Positions 63,306 through 64,000 of a DNA stretch of 64,000 nucleotides are shown one piece after another. The stretch lies in the NCBI GenBank assembly GCA_031551405.1, contig JAVBNQ010000004.1, forward strand, positions 34,185 to 98,184, in the 5' to 3' direction. Position 1 is the first letter of the stretch. Every line of letters begins with the position of its first letter. The notes beneath the pieces are model-generated. The model saw only the letters and a list, made by a program, of their open reading frames with translations. It did no database searches and had not been told where the DNA came from. A program made the translations under genes and the position numbers. This DNA comes from a bacterium. Its GTDB lineage: Bacteria > RUG730.

Positions 63306-64000
63306 ATGAAAAAGTTTTTAACTATTAATAATTTGTGGGCTATGATTTTTTTTATTCTAACATTTTGCATAACGATTTTTAGCCGACAGTTTTGCCATAC
63401 GAAAATTTTTCATATATATCCGGTTGAACTTTTTATTGTTTTCAGTCTATTATGTTTGTTTTATAAAAAAATTACTTCAAAAAATTTTTCACATATTTTC
63501 CCATATAAAAAAACTTTTTTGTTTTTTATTTTGTTATTTCTGATTTCTTTAGTAAAAGGCTTTTTTTCTTTCGACGATAAAAATTTTATTATTCGAGAAT
63601 CTGCAATATTTTATTATGCTATTTTTGGTTTATTTATTTATAATTTTTTTGACATAGGCAAGTTAAAAATTTTTAAAATCGTTGTGGTAGTTGGAGCTTT
63701 TACTCACACACTCTTAGTCGACAATTTCTTGATTCCTTATCATCTCAATTACGGTTATTTTTACATGGCTATGTCTAGCTTAATTCTTTTTATTAAAATA
63801 TTAAAAGACCCTTCAGCAGAAAATAAATTTACAAATTATGTATTATACACTTTATTTTTCCTAACTATTTATTTTCAGTTTTTTTATTATAACTGCCGAG
63901 CAAGTTGGCTTGGTACTATTTTTGCTTTGGCTTATGTGTTTATTATTTCAATAAAATTAAAAATTCTAAAAAATTTAAATTTTAAAATAACTATTGTCGG
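63306..64000 (+). CDS. O-antigen ligase/polymerase-like (Wzy_C) membrane protein, C-terminus beyond window end
   Basis: Manual translation from ATG 63306: MKKFLTINNLWAMIFFIL… multi-TM, …NCRASWLGTIFALAY… resembles the R-x-x-W-x-G Wzy_C motif; open to window end. Confidence 0.45.
   Translation, partial: MKKFLTINNLWAMIFFILTFCITIFSRQFCHTKIFHIYPVELFIVFSLLCLFYKKITSKNFSHIFPYKKTFLFFILLFLISLVKGFFSFDDKNFIIRESAIFYYAIFGLFIYNFFDIGKLKIFKIVVVVGAFTHTLLVDNFLIPYHLNYGYFYMAMSSLILFIKILKDPSAENKFTNYVLYTLFFLTIYFQFFYYNCRASWLGTIFALAYVFIISIKLKILKNLNFKITIV

Overview
This is a 64-kb, AT-rich (roughly one-third GC by eye) chromosomal segment that looks like it comes from a diderm (Gram-negative-type) anaerobe. It is densely packed with core metabolism and housekeeping genes, and I found no tRNA, rRNA, CRISPR array, transposase, integrase or phage genes.

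Recognisable content, in window order:
- On the + strand: a partial flippase-like (UPF0104) membrane gene runs off the left edge. It is followed by a PgpH-like 7TM-HD protein with ybeY, an MscS channel, a D-2-hydroxyacid dehydrogenase, polA and an orphan thiS.
- A 10-gene co-directional minus-strand block follows: hom-thrC-proA-nadD-smr-nadC-pyrG-argB-argD-adhE. A large GH94-like glycan phosphorylase and an lpxL-type acyltransferase sit next to it.
- Next on the + strand come an orphan OmpR-type response regulator, coaX, tmk and holB.
- The next minus-strand stretch holds an outer-membrane protein gene, a trimeric HydABC-type [FeFe]-hydrogenase, then frr-pyrH-tsf-rpsB, mltG, ruvX and two CNNM/CBS genes.
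- The rest is on the + strand: rpmE, prfA, an LpoB-like lipoprotein, lysS and lolCD. A leuC-leuD-leuB locus is interrupted by LPS-glycosylation genes, and a partial O-antigen-ligase-like gene runs off the right edge.

The spots most worth a second look:
- An unusual three-gene module at 51.2-53.5 kb: an HgdB/DUF2229-like protein lacking the usual N-terminal Cys, an AccB-like carrier protein whose biotinyl-lysine is replaced by Arg, and a SAM methyltransferase.
- A 2.9-kb glycosyltransferase insertion splitting leuC from leuD.
- A 670-bp non-coding gap at 12.2-12.9 kb carrying a long near-perfect palindrome.
- A twin 26-bp direct repeat upstream of the hom operon.
- An outer-membrane protein gene split at homopolymer tracts.

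All functional calls come from reading motifs in the supplied translations and the DNA. No database search was possible, so I cannot confirm that any of these is truly undescribed.
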